Assembly: GCA_964487045.1 (NCBI GenBank)
Contig: CAZAOT010000001.1
Location: 70,745 to 134,744, forward strand
Direction of reading: 5' to 3'
Origin: an uncultured Candidatus Saccharibacteria bacterium
GTDB taxonomy: Bacteria; Patescibacteriota; UBA1384; DTJR01
DNA: 64,000 bases
Part shown: positions 9,701 through 19,862 of the stretch, one piece after another
How positions within the stretch are numbered: the first letter of the stretch is position 1
How the letters are laid out: each line of letters begins with the position of its first letter
Made by a program: the position numbers and the translations under genes
The notes under the pieces: generated by a model
Database searches by the model: none
Seen by the model: the letters and a program-made list of their open reading frames with translations, nothing else
Told to the model about the DNA's origin: nothing

Positions 9701-12700
9701 ATAGATATGACGTGACAGATGATGCAGCTGGTTGGAGTGATGCCGATGCGGATGATGTGCCTGCTGCGCTAGGCGCTGGCTGCAATTCAACTTATGATGG
9801 CTCTAGATATATTTATATGTTTAAGGGCAACTCAAATGTTTTTTATAGGTTTGATCCTCAGGGCGACTCTAATGGGACCTGGGAATCAATGGAGCCGGTA
9901 AATTTTGGGACAAACACAGCAAATAACACAGTCGCTGACGGAGGCCAGCTTGTCCATGACGGAAGCGGAACTATATATGCAATTCAGGGAGGTCATTATC
10001 CTGGCGGATTTGCCAAATATACTATTTCAAGTGATACATGGACGCCGTTAAACTTTATTCCTGTTGGACCGTCAAGTGGTGCTTCTATGGTATGGGATTC
10101 TACAACTTCAAAAATATTATTAATTCCGGGCTATTCACGTGAATATTTATATAGTTATAACCCAGCAAATTCTTCCTGGACAAAGCTCAGTGATGCCCCG
10201 ATGACTTTTACGACAGGTACATCGGCTACAATTTCAGGCGACTACATGTATGTAATCAAGGGAAATAGCACAGGGTTCTATCGCTATAGAATTTCCAAAA
10301 ATTCATGGGAAATGCCAAGCTTTAATTTATTTGGAACGAATTTTCAGGGTGGATCGTCTTTCGCCTCTATTACGGGCGCGTTTGTTTTAAAAGGTGATGG
10401 CGATAATTTCTATTTAAACAGAGGTAATCTCGATACTAGGTTCATAAGGTATAATTCAAGAACAGGCGCCAGTAACCAAATGCCATCACTTCCAAGTGCT
10501 TCCAACCAATATTCTCTGCAAGTTTATGACGATGATCGAAATGATATATACTATTATTCAACCGCAGACAGTACCTTCTATAAATATGATATTGATACTG
10601 AATCATGGGAGAAGATTGCTACGGATCTTTTGCCGCAAGCGCCAGCAGCTGGATCTTCTTTTGTTTATGACGGCTCTACTTATATATACTATTTTAGAGG
10701 CGGAACAGTTTGGTACAGATATAATATTACTGCCGATGCAGGCTCGAGATGGTCAACAGCACTGCCTACAACCGGAATGTCAACTCTGGGTTACGGTTCA
10801 GATACAGTCATCAAAGATGGGTTTGTTTATGCTAATAGAGGATCGGTTGGAAATCCCAATGAATTTCGAAAGTTTGACCTGAGTCAATTACCTTCAGGTT
10901 CATGGTCCAATTTAACATCGATTCCTTATCCGGTCGGATACGATGGATTTTTAGAGGACGGTGGAAATGGCAAGCTCTATATACTAGCTGCCCATAACAC
11001 TAATAGATTTTACGAGTATACAATTGGTACTGACTCCTGGGCTCAGGTGGCAAATTTTCCAGGAGTTGCATATCAAGGTTCGGCTGGTGCCTCCGATAAA
11101 TTAAGTAAGATCTTTGCAATCTCTGGAAACGGAACTGGTTCGTATGCAGATGGTCTTTATAGCTATGTAATACAATCAGCAACATCTTCGTTTAAAGAAG
11201 AGGGAAATTTCATTTCTCCATCAATCGAACTCTCTGGAGCATACAAATTCGCTAATCTTACGCTAAATTACGAAGAAAAAAATAACACAACCGTCACTGT
11301 GTATACTCAAACTTCGGCAAACGGAGCAAGCTGGAGTGATTGGTCGCAGGCCACTAATATGAAGAGCTATGGCTTATCCGAGTTGGCTCACCAATATCAA
11401 ATTAATTCACCGCTTGCCAGATATATAAAAATAAAAGTTGAGTTAGTTTCTGGCGATGGGGTACTGTCACCGTCAATCAGCCAAATAGATATAAATTACT
11501 ATCAAGACAATACGAAACCAACAAACCCGCAAGCGTTATCGCAGGCAAAATCTGCTAAAGTTTCCGGTAGTGATATTACAAGCGGAATGGATAAATGGTA
11601 CAATTTCCCGTCAGCTTACTTCGCAATGCCAGAATCGGAGGCTGCAAATGGTGCATCAGATGGCGCAAACGGCTCCGGAGTAGCAGGATATTATATATAT
11701 ATGGGAACGAGTTCAGACGCTGTTCCTTCTCAAAGTCGGGGTATCGCCAATCAAGTTGGTGAAGCAAATCTTCATTATCAGACAGATCTTGATCTTGAAT
11801 TATCCGTGGATAGCTCTGCGCTTGAAACAGGTAAAACATATTATCTCTTGACGCAATCTAAGGACGCAGCTGGCAATGTGGCTGAAGCTATAAAAACATT
11901 GTTTATTTATAGATTTGATTCAACTGCTCCTTCAGCGCCGGCATCTGTTAATGCGACACAAAATGATCAAAAAACCCAATTTAACTTTACATGGCCTGCG
12001 CAGGGCGCGGAAGGAGGAGCGGCCGATGTTGATCCAAACGATTCTGACTCTCTGATTAACCCCTCTGGTTTAGCTGGTTATAAATATAAGACTGGAGCTG
12101 CATGGTCGTCATTAATCACTGAGTCAACTGTAAGTATTTCAAATAATCAAAATTTAGCAGGGGAGAATACTTTTCACTTGATAGCAATTGACAATGCAGG
12201 TAACGAATCAAGTGAAGCGACAGTTAAGTTTTATATCGCTCCGACCCAACCGCAAAATTTAAGTGCCTTGCCGGTTACATCGGCTCAAAATCCATCTGAA
12301 ACTAACAACTTTAAGTTTGTCTGGGAAGCTCCAACGTCAATGAATGGCAGTATAAAGCAGTATCGCTATTCGGTTAACGCACCGCCAACCGCTTTGAATA
12401 CCGTTAATCAGGTTATTACAGGTACGACGCTAGGCTGGGGTGCTTACGCAACCCAACAGGGCAAGAACACGCTATATATTGTTGCTGAAGGCGATTGGGG
12501 TGGAAGCAATATTAATTACGATGCCTATGCAACCCTTGATTTTTATATCGAAACGCCCGCACCAAATCCTCCCGAAAACTTATCGGTTACAGACAGCTCT
12601 AACAGATCCAGCTCTGACTATAGATTGACTGTGGTTTGGAGTGAGCCAAAGACTGGCGAGGAGCCAGAAAATTATGTGGTAAAGCGATCAACTGATAATC

Positions 12701-14109
12701 AAAGTTTTTCGGAGGTTGGTACTACTTCTTCAACCGGGTTTCTGGATTCGGACTTGGAAGGAGATAAGACTTATTATTATAAAGTTTTTTCAAAAGATTC
12801 TGCAGGTGCACTTTCTGAAGATCAAGGCTCAAACGGTACGGTATCTAAGAAACCGACCGGAAAATATTCCACTCCACCAACGATCGCAGAATCATCAATT
12901 CATTCAGTAGCAGGAGCATCAACCGTTGAAATTAACTGGGTTACTAATCGTGCATCGGACTCATTTGTTGAATATGGTACAACTGAGGCTCTTGGGCAGA
13001 CTTACGGACAAAGAGAAGAGGTTACGGAACATAAGGTTAAGATTGATGGGCTAAAGGCTGGCAACAAGTATTATTTCAAAGCCCAGAGCTTGGATCCGGG
13101 TGATTTGAGAGACTACTCACAGACAGTTGGATATTCTGAGGTTCATGAGTTTGAAACAACGGCTGCTCCTACATTATCGAGCGTATCTTTCTCGAACATT
13201 ACTACAAGTTCGGCGATTATGAGTTTTGATACTAATAAAACTTCAACTGCGAAAATACAATATGGGACATCGACAGAGTATGGAAAAGAAATTGTTGATT
13301 CGTCAGGATCTGGAACTACTAAGCACACCGTTCTCCTTGAGGATTTACAGGATGGGACAACGTATCAGCTAAAAGTGACAATTACAGATGAAGAAAATAA
13401 TATCGTTGATTCTCCGGGTCATGCTTTTACCACAAGGGCAAAGCCAAAAATTGAGGCAATGAATATTGAGCCGATCAAAGATGCGTCCGATACGTCCGTC
13501 AAAGTCACTTGCGTCGCTAATGTCGAGGTAGCGTTCTCAGTTCAATATAGTCCATCTACTGATTCGGCGAAAAAAGAAGTAGCAACTGCTGAATTTAAGA
13601 AAGTGCACGAATTCACAGTCAATGGCTTGTCTGACCAGAGTAAATATTCTTTTCAGGCAATTGCTAGAGATCAACTTGGGAATGAGGTAAAGTCCGAAGT
13701 CAAAACATTTGATACACCAAACGACTCAAGACCACCTGCCATTACTGATATCTCGACTGAGAGTTCGAATGTGGGTCTTAATAAGCAGGACAAGGCGCAA
13801 ATTGTTGTTGCTTGGAAAACTGATGAGCCTACGACTAGCATGATTGAATATGGCGAAGGAATGTCTGGAACGGATTACAGCCAGAAGACTAAAGAAGACG
13901 CAACCATGACCAATTCCCACCTTGTAATTATTTCAGATCTTGAGCCAAGCCAAGCTTATCACATAAGGATTTCGTCTACGGATAAGGGAGGGAATAATAC
14001 TAAATCAGAGGATATTTCGGTTGTTCCTGGCGAAGTTCCAAAATCTGTCTTACAGATGCTACTTAATACTTTTAAAGATGTTTTTGGATGGATGGGAAAG
14101 TTGATATAG
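6745..14109 (+). CDS. Giant secreted Kelch-repeat beta-propeller / FnIII surface protein (2454 aa)
   Basis: Basic N-terminus and hydrophobic signal (FLILACLISMAVLVYVYPSSA); two blocks of Kelch-like repeats (IY..RG....FYKY....N.W..L...P); PTNP...GYY.Y.G modules; FnIII repeats; C-terminal module shared with the upstream giant. Confidence 0.9.
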   Translation: MGGRIYKVVYRTKTVGRRFSRAFGNLFFDAIQVVKVLFKIRRCPEKFLSKFLILACLISMAVLVYVYPSSANSKSYSITTKEDWEGGTLSNLITTDAPGDLKLASGGTLSHQAWQDPPNTVGSGAAASDGTDIYLLRGNYDINFYKYSSAKNTWSTLADAPVQVGQSSALTYDNSGHFYAFFGRNTRQFYKYTIATNSWTALGDLPDTVNIGSNMVFTNGKLYILRSNATTDFWSYTIETGAWATLKATPATFTTANGFVTDGTYIYACRGNTLWYRYNIASNIWEAMTTVLPISLAEQTDFVLRNGSIYFAAPSSATYYKCELSGLACTGNAWTTATTLPAATRYSNAVYNASDDYIYIFRGNSTYDFWKYRPGESKVAGPQIFPQNFTTGGDIVYGGGDTVYGLKGAAAANGFYSYSIASGTWTLKSVTGLPTLSNDAKTVKAGDKIYTSSAASTAFTAYDTTNDAAGWVAKAVSPGAFGAGTSFTYLGGDLIYAMRGAGTVSFYAYSISNNNWSTFDPADLPAGLAPSIGARTVTNGTEIFATMGNGSSKFYKYEAQSNTWEEKTQLPFGAYYGTDLTYYNGKIYAIDGNYRSGLYEYDISANSWRKLADLQTRTNLNNGMWSGSSIEYVGNNDLMITFGASNMVFFYDVDSNTFASSGSYESASIDLGNVSAWGSLTVAKTTPSGTSVVVETKTSADNTNWPENWTAVSGTTIGSDINRYVKIKITLNANGDRTLAPTVSSLTLNYNPDDVDPTNPQQGSFTGLSAEGGTAITSTTAYRHEHPYFSWSAGADADSYVEGYYVYFGSNQSADPQVDGVYQTATNYKVNDKIAVGNNYLLVKTKDQAGNITDSAVQGFIYNYIGATPATSTLSSDADFNAGDKTNLSVSSDSFALESKAGFWQQQKLSVFPATSAAGASIIKKGNKLYATRGSTNAFYSYDYDTDTWATLTSTNLGAMTTNGGLVDGPGNYIYAYRGSTSASFYRYDVTDDAAGWSDADADDVPAALGAGCNSTYDGSRYIYMFKGNSNVFYRFDPQGDSNGTWESMEPVNFGTNTANNTVADGGQLVHDGSGTIYAIQGGHYPGGFAKYTISSDTWTPLNFIPVGPSSGASMVWDSTTSKILLIPGYSREYLYSYNPANSSWTKLSDAPMTFTTGTSATISGDYMYVIKGNSTGFYRYRISKNSWEMPSFNLFGTNFQGGSSFASITGAFVLKGDGDNFYLNRGNLDTRFIRYNSRTGASNQMPSLPSASNQYSLQVYDDDRNDIYYYSTADSTFYKYDIDTESWEKIATDLLPQAPAAGSSFVYDGSTYIYYFRGGTVWYRYNITADAGSRWSTALPTTGMSTLGYGSDTVIKDGFVYANRGSVGNPNEFRKFDLSQLPSGSWSNLTSIPYPVGYDGFLEDGGNGKLYILAAHNTNRFYEYTIGTDSWAQVANFPGVAYQGSAGASDKLSKIFAISGNGTGSYADGLYSYVIQSATSSFKEEGNFISPSIELSGAYKFANLTLNYEEKNNTTVTVYTQTSANGASWSDWSQATNMKSYGLSELAHQYQINSPLARYIKIKVELVSGDGVLSPSISQIDINYYQDNTKPTNPQALSQAKSAKVSGSDITSGMDKWYNFPSAYFAMPESEAANGASDGANGSGVAGYYIYMGTSSDAVPSQSRGIANQVGEANLHYQTDLDLELSVDSSALETGKTYYLLTQSKDAAGNVAEAIKTLFIYRFDSTAPSAPASVNATQNDQKTQFNFTWPAQGAEGGAADVDPNDSDSLINPSGLAGYKYKTGAAWSSLITESTVSISNNQNLAGENTFHLIAIDNAGNESSEATVKFYIAPTQPQNLSALPVTSAQNPSETNNFKFVWEAPTSMNGSIKQYRYSVNAPPTALNTVNQVITGTTLGWGAYATQQGKNTLYIVAEGDWGGSNINYDAYATLDFYIETPAPNPPENLSVTDSSNRSSSDYRLTVVWSEPKTGEEPENYVVKRSTDNQSFSEVGTTSSTGFLDSDLEGDKTYYYKVFSKDSAGALSEDQGSNGTVSKKPTGKYSTPPTIAESSIHSVAGASTVEINWVTNRASDSFVEYGTTEALGQTYGQREEVTEHKVKIDGLKAGNKYYFKAQSLDPGDLRDYSQTVGYSEVHEFETTAAPTLSSVSFSNITTSSAIMSFDTNKTSTAKIQYGTSTEYGKEIVDSSGSGTTKHTVLLEDLQDGTTYQLKVTITDEENNIVDSPGHAFTTRAKPKIEAMNIEPIKDASDTSVKVTCVANVEVAFSVQYSPSTDSAKKEVATAEFKKVHEFTVNGLSDQSKYSFQAIARDQLGNEVKSEVKTFDTPNDSRPPAITDISTESSNVGLNKQDKAQIVVAWKTDEPTTSMIEYGEGMSGTDYSQKTKEDATMTNSHLVIISDLEPSQAYHIRISSTDKGGNNTKSEDISVVPGEVPKSVLQMLLNTFKDVFGWMGKLI

Positions 14110-14160
14110 GTTAGAGGTAAATTTGATATTCTGGTATAATAAATGGGAAATAGGAGGGCT

Positions 14161-14859
14161 TTGTCTACACACGAAGCAGTTATTGAAGTAAAAGGGCTGG
14201 AAAAAACTTTTAAAGTTGGTCCGAACGAAATAAAAGCTCTTAGAGGGGTTGATTTAACGATTAAATCAACAGAATTTATTATTATATTCGGGCCTTCGGG
14301 CTGTGGTAAGACGACAATGATGAATATTATTGCCGGCATAGATACTCCTACAAAAGGTTCGGTAAAAGTTAGGGGAACTGACATATTTGCACTGAAAGAG
14401 GAAAAGAGAGGGATTTTTAGATCTGAAAAAATCGGAATTATTCACCAGATGGCTTACTGGGCTAAATCGCTAAATGTCCTACAAAACGTAGCTCTTCCTC
14501 TAATTATTGAAGGCCAAAAGGAAAAGATGGCAATAGAGCGAGCCGAGAAAGTTCTTCGAGAGCTTGGACTAGAGGAATTAGCTGGTCAACGACCAACTCA
14601 GCTTTCTGGGGGTCAGCAGCAGAAAATAGGTTTTGCCAGGGCGCTTATTACTAGCCCCTGGATTATTTTTGCAGACGAGCCCACTGGAAACCTAGACTCA
14701 AAGTCGGCTGAAGAAATTATGAAGTTATTTAAAATGTTAAATGAGAAATATAAAAGGACAATTATTCTGGTTACACACAACAAAGACTACTGGGGGCTGG
14801 GGACCAGAAGAATTGAAATGAAAGACGGTGTAATTTCTAAAGACGTGAAGCATGGATAG
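14161..14859 (+). CDS. ABC transporter ATP-binding protein, LolD/MacB/FtsE type
   Basis: Walker A GPSGCGKT, signature LSGGQQQK, Walker B IIFADEPTGNLD, H-loop VTH. Likely TTG start at 14161 behind AGGAGG; the ATG at 14143 sits only 2 nt after a TGgTATAAT -10. Confidence 0.93.
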   Translation: MSTHEAVIEVKGLEKTFKVGPNEIKALRGVDLTIKSTEFIIIFGPSGCGKTTMMNIIAGIDTPTKGSVKVRGTDIFALKEEKRGIFRSEKIGIIHQMAYWAKSLNVLQNVALPLIIEGQKEKMAIERAEKVLRELGLEELAGQRPTQLSGGQQQKIGFARALITSPWIIFADEPTGNLDSKSAEEIMKLFKMLNEKYKRTIILVTHNKDYWGLGTRRIEMKDGVISKDVKHG

Positions 14860-16054
14860 AAAATTTTTAGTTAAATTTGCATTTAAGAATCTGATGATGC
14901 ATAAGTCAAGAACAGTTTTGACTGTGCTTGGTGTGACGGTGGGTATATCAGCGATAGTCTTTTTAGTCGCATTTGCCTTCGGAATCGAAAGGCTGGTTAC
15001 AAGTGAAGTTACTAAGGGAAATGCATATAAGTTGATCGATGTTGGTACTGGAAGCGTGCAAGCGCTTAGAATTAACGAAGAAACTATCAACCAGCTCAAA
15101 CAAATATCTGGAGTCAAGTCGATTGAGCCTACCCTTAATATTGGGGCGAAAGCCAAGGATAAAGATCGTACAACAGATGTCACTTTTTCAGGTACAAGCG
15201 ATAAATATCTCGAATGGAGTGGCCTTGCTACACGTTGGGGAACGGGCTTAGAAAAGACTAAAACCGGTAAGCCGATTTTAGTTAATAGTGCTTTCTTAAA
15301 ATTTATGCCTTCATACAATAATCAGACTATCTTGGGGCAAGAAGTTAGCTTTGATTTAGTGATTCCTAAGGAGCTGACTTCAGAGGATGCCAAGAAAGCC
15401 ACCGACGCAAAATTTACAATTGTTGGTGTTGTACCTGATGGTGCGATTGCGACTGTCTATGCCAGGTACGGCGATGTCTTGGAGCTCGGGGCTAAGAATT
15501 TTTCGCAGATAAAAGTTGAATCTCAAACTGACGATAAGGTTAAAATCGACACAATTAGAAAGCAAATTGAAAACCTTGGTTACAAAACTCAGTACGTAGG
15601 GGATACTGTCGCGCAGATTGAACAAATCTTTCAAATTTTCAAAATTATTTTGGGAAGTTTCGGCCTGATCGCTCTGATTGTCGCTGCACTTGGTATGTTT
15701 AATACTTTGACTATTTCACTTTTGGAAAGAACCAAAGAAGTGGCTCTTCTAAAAATTCTTGGAATGCGCCGAAAAGACATTTCCTCAATATTCTTAACCG
15801 AAGCAATTTCAATTGGCGTCTTTGGCGGCGTGGTCGGTGTATTTACTGGATATTTAATCGGTCTCGGAGCTAACTCCTTGTTTAATTATTTTGCTACTCG
15901 TGCCGGAGGGGAATCAGTAGACGTATTTATGTTCCCAATTTGGTTTATGCTCGCGATTTGGGCTTTTGCGATTTTACTTGGCATAATAACCGGTATCTAT
16001 CCAGCTCGAAGAGCCTCCAAAGTCGATGCTCTTGATGTTCTAAGGTACGAGTAA
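14852..16054 (+). CDS. ABC transporter permease, MacB/FtsX/LolE type
   Basis: RTVLTVLGVTVGISAIV TM1, large extracytoplasmic domain, NTLTISLLERTKEVALLKILGM motif, C-terminal YPARRASKVDALDVLRYE. Confidence 0.93.
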   Translation: MDRKFLVKFAFKNLMMHKSRTVLTVLGVTVGISAIVFLVAFAFGIERLVTSEVTKGNAYKLIDVGTGSVQALRINEETINQLKQISGVKSIEPTLNIGAKAKDKDRTTDVTFSGTSDKYLEWSGLATRWGTGLEKTKTGKPILVNSAFLKFMPSYNNQTILGQEVSFDLVIPKELTSEDAKKATDAKFTIVGVVPDGAIATVYARYGDVLELGAKNFSQIKVESQTDDKVKIDTIRKQIENLGYKTQYVGDTVAQIEQIFQIFKIILGSFGLIALIVAALGMFNTLTISLLERTKEVALLKILGMRRKDISSIFLTEAISIGVFGGVVGVFTGYLIGLGANSLFNYFATRAGGESVDVFMFPIWFMLAIWAFAILLGIITGIYPARRASKVDALDVLRYE

Positions 16055-16061
16055 TTTTTAT

Positions 16062-16100
16062 AAAAAAGAAGGCGAACGTCCCCGGAGGGTCGTTCGCCTT
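16062..16100 (-). terminator. Rho-independent terminator of orphan gene 16124-16933
   Basis: AAGGCGAACG (16069-78) / CGTTCGCCTT (16091-100) stem followed by a T-run on the minus strand. Confidence 0.8.
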
Positions 16101-16123
16101 AGAAGCGCCCTGAAGGCTGCGTG

Positions 16124-16933
16124 TCAGCCTTTCTTGCCGTACTTGATGTAGTTCGGGCAGAGATGCTGCGGCAGAGTGCCTTCGCGGACCTCTGACTTGT
16201 AACCGTCGCGGAGGCTGCCGTGGTAGCCGTAGTTGCGAAGCAGTAGCAGCCTCGCCTCTGGATCGGCGAGGAGAGTTGCCATCGGGATGGCGTGCTGCCT
16301 GGTGCAGCCCAGGCAGTAAATCGGTACGTCGCCCTCGCCGAAGCAGCCAGTGATCCATGAATCGGTCTGGTCCCAGTACAGGGGTTCGTACCTGTCGCTA
16401 CTCGTCAGATACCGGGTCGCCAGCTTGTAAGGTAGGGCGAATTTCGCGAAGCGCTCAGGCAGAAATGAGAGATCCTGAAAGATGATCGTTTCGTTCATCG
16501 CCGCGATGCCGTTGCCGGCTGCGACGCTGAACTGTCTGAGGCTCGTGAGCACGGTCGTCTCGTTGTCTTGTAGCTCGGCTGAGAGCACAATCGCGCGGCT
16601 CGGCACCGAAAAGTAGGCGCCATCATCGAGAAAGCCCTGACCGATGAAGTATGGTCTCATCGGCCTGCCAGAGAGTCCCATGCAGATCTGAACTGAGTTC
16701 GATGTTAGGTCCTCTCTGAAATGAATGATTGGTGTCGGATCAAGATCAAGAATCTCTTGTGGCACTTCGACTCTTGTCCGGTCATGCCAACCAAAGTCGG
16801 GGATCGGCTCGAAGATCAGCGAGCCCTTAGACGTCTGGTAGCAGATTGTCCCGCGATGCCGATCGCAGACTCCGCGATTCCTGTCCGTCTTGCGAACGTG
16901 CAACTTCATGCTTACTTCCGAGACTTTGTTCAT
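16124..16933 (-). CDS. GC-rich orphan hypothetical protein (269 aa) with a CxxC..H motif near the C-terminus
   Basis: Long ORF with SD (GGGAG), own promoter (TTGATT-N17-TAATAT, 17060..17032) and terminator. Visibly higher GC than its flanks. Confidence 0.7.
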   Translation of the reverse strand: MNKVSEVSMKLHVRKTDRNRGVCDRHRGTICYQTSKGSLIFEPIPDFGWHDRTRVEVPQEILDLDPTPIIHFREDLTSNSVQICMGLSGRPMRPYFIGQGFLDDGAYFSVPSRAIVLSAELQDNETTVLTSLRQFSVAAGNGIAAMNETIIFQDLSFLPERFAKFALPYKLATRYLTSSDRYEPLYWDQTDSWITGCFGEGDVPIYCLGCTRQHAIPMATLLADPEARLLLLRNYGYHGSLRDGYKSEVREGTLPQHLCPNYIKYGKKG

Positions 16934-17089
16934 ACTTCTCCCTATCCCTTGCGGGAGAGCGGTTTTCGCCGGAGTCGCTCACTCCATATTAAGGTGCGTC
17001 GTGTCCTTGTCTCAAGACAGGGAAACGCTAAATATTATCAAATTATGGATCGAAAATCAAGTATCTTAACTGGTAAAAGTAAAGAGAAC

Positions 17090-17119
17090 TTGACAGTCAG
17101 ACGCCAGCTATGATATTTT
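17090..17119 (+). promoter_or_regulatory. groESL promoter
   Basis: TTGACA (17090-95), N18, then extended -10 TGaTATTTT (17111-19). Confidence 0.6.
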
Positions 17120-17307
17120 TGATTCTTGGCAGTGTCTCGCCTCGATTTCCCCCTTCGGGCAGACACTGCCTATAAACTAAGCAAGTCCCATATATCTCAA
17201 TCTCTTGCAATATTCCTAATCTAGGAAATCTGCAAATAGATATCGATACTACGGGACTTCCGGAATTGCTTCCTGCCTTGGAGCGCAATTCACGGAGCGG
17301 AGGACAT

Positions 17308-19255
<1,948 letters not shown>

Positions 19256-19270
19256 CCTCCTGCGGAGGAA

Positions 19271-19298
19271 TTTCTAAGTTCTAATTCCTAATTTCAAA
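19271..19298. repeat. Degenerate heptamer tandem repeat (4 units)
   Basis: tttctaa gttctaa ttcctaa tttcaaa. Confidence 0.6.
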
Positions 19299-19305
19299 GT
19301 AAGGA

Positions 19306-19337
19306 ATCAAAAAAGCGCCGCAGGGCGCTTTTTTGAT
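19306..19337. terminator. Bidirectional Rho-independent terminator after groEL
   Basis: ATCAAAAAAGCGCC-gcag-GGCGCTTTTTTGAT, perfect 14-bp stem with A and T runs. Confidence 0.9.
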
Positions 19338-19350
19338 AATTAAAGCAAAG

Positions 19351-19385
19351 GGCGCGGATGAGGAGGGAACGTCCTCATCCGCGCC
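19351..19385. repeat. Perfect 14-bp inverted repeat (hairpin; possible terminator of the minus-strand genes)
   Basis: GGCGCGGATGAGGA-gggaacg-TCCTCATCCGCGCC. Confidence 0.7.
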
Positions 19386-19400
19386 AGGAGAGCGAGCAGC

Positions 19401-19420
19401 CCTGCCTGCCGGCAGGCAGG
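19401..19420. repeat. 20-bp perfect palindrome, REP-like element
   Basis: CCTGCCTGCCGGCAGGCAGG is its own reverse complement. Confidence 0.75.
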
Positions 19421-19488
19421 TCGATCAGGAAAAAGGCCCGCTCGAGTAATTCTTCGGTTATTATATTGCTAATTAACTTGTAAGTCAA

Positions 19489-19719
19489 CTATTTGGGTAC
19501 TTTTTGGAAGAGCTCAAAAATTGATAGTCCGATCTGTTTGACCGATGGCCAGGCAGCCGGCAAAAGGAGGATAAATAAAATTATCCAGATGAGGTTTTTT
19601 TTGAAAAAATTTATTAGCGCGAAAACGAGAAATAAGATTATTAAAATGGCTAGCGGTAGGCGATAAACAGCAGGAATTAGTTCTAAAAGTGAATTGTAAT
19701 AGTTAACGATTGTTGTCAT
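19489..19719 (-). CDS. Small membrane protein (76 aa)
   Basis: Two hydrophobic segments; TGcTAGAAT -10 six nt before the ATG. Confidence 0.75.
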   Translation of the reverse strand: MTTIVNYYNSLLELIPAVYRLPLAILIILFLVFALINFFKKNLIWIILFILLLPAAWPSVKQIGLSIFELFQKVPK

Positions 19720-19748
19720 ATGATAATTCTAGCAAAAACTGGGAGCTT

Positions 19749-19862
19749 AAACCAGAAACCATAAATCCTAAATCCGAACAAAAATCAAATAACAAATCCT
19801 AAATTTATTTATTTGTCATTGGGTATTTTTTCGTCATTCTTGTTTTGGGTTTCGGTTTTTTT
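19749..19862. repeat. Heptamer-period A-rich array facing a T-rich counterpart that encodes the recombinase tail
   Basis: aaaccag aaaccat aaatcct aaatccg ... aaaaatc aaataac aaatcct (19749-19800), followed by ttttgggtttcggttttt. Confidence 0.5.

Noticed and set aside
2-14109. Diversity-generating retroelement acting on the giant genes
   Set aside because: No reverse transcriptase in the window, no non-coding template repeat, and repeat mismatches are not confined to adenines.
17126-17172. CIRCE operator before groES
   Set aside because: The arms only loosely resemble TTAGCACTC/GAGTGCTAA and are 29 nt apart instead of 9. Treated as an RNA hairpin.
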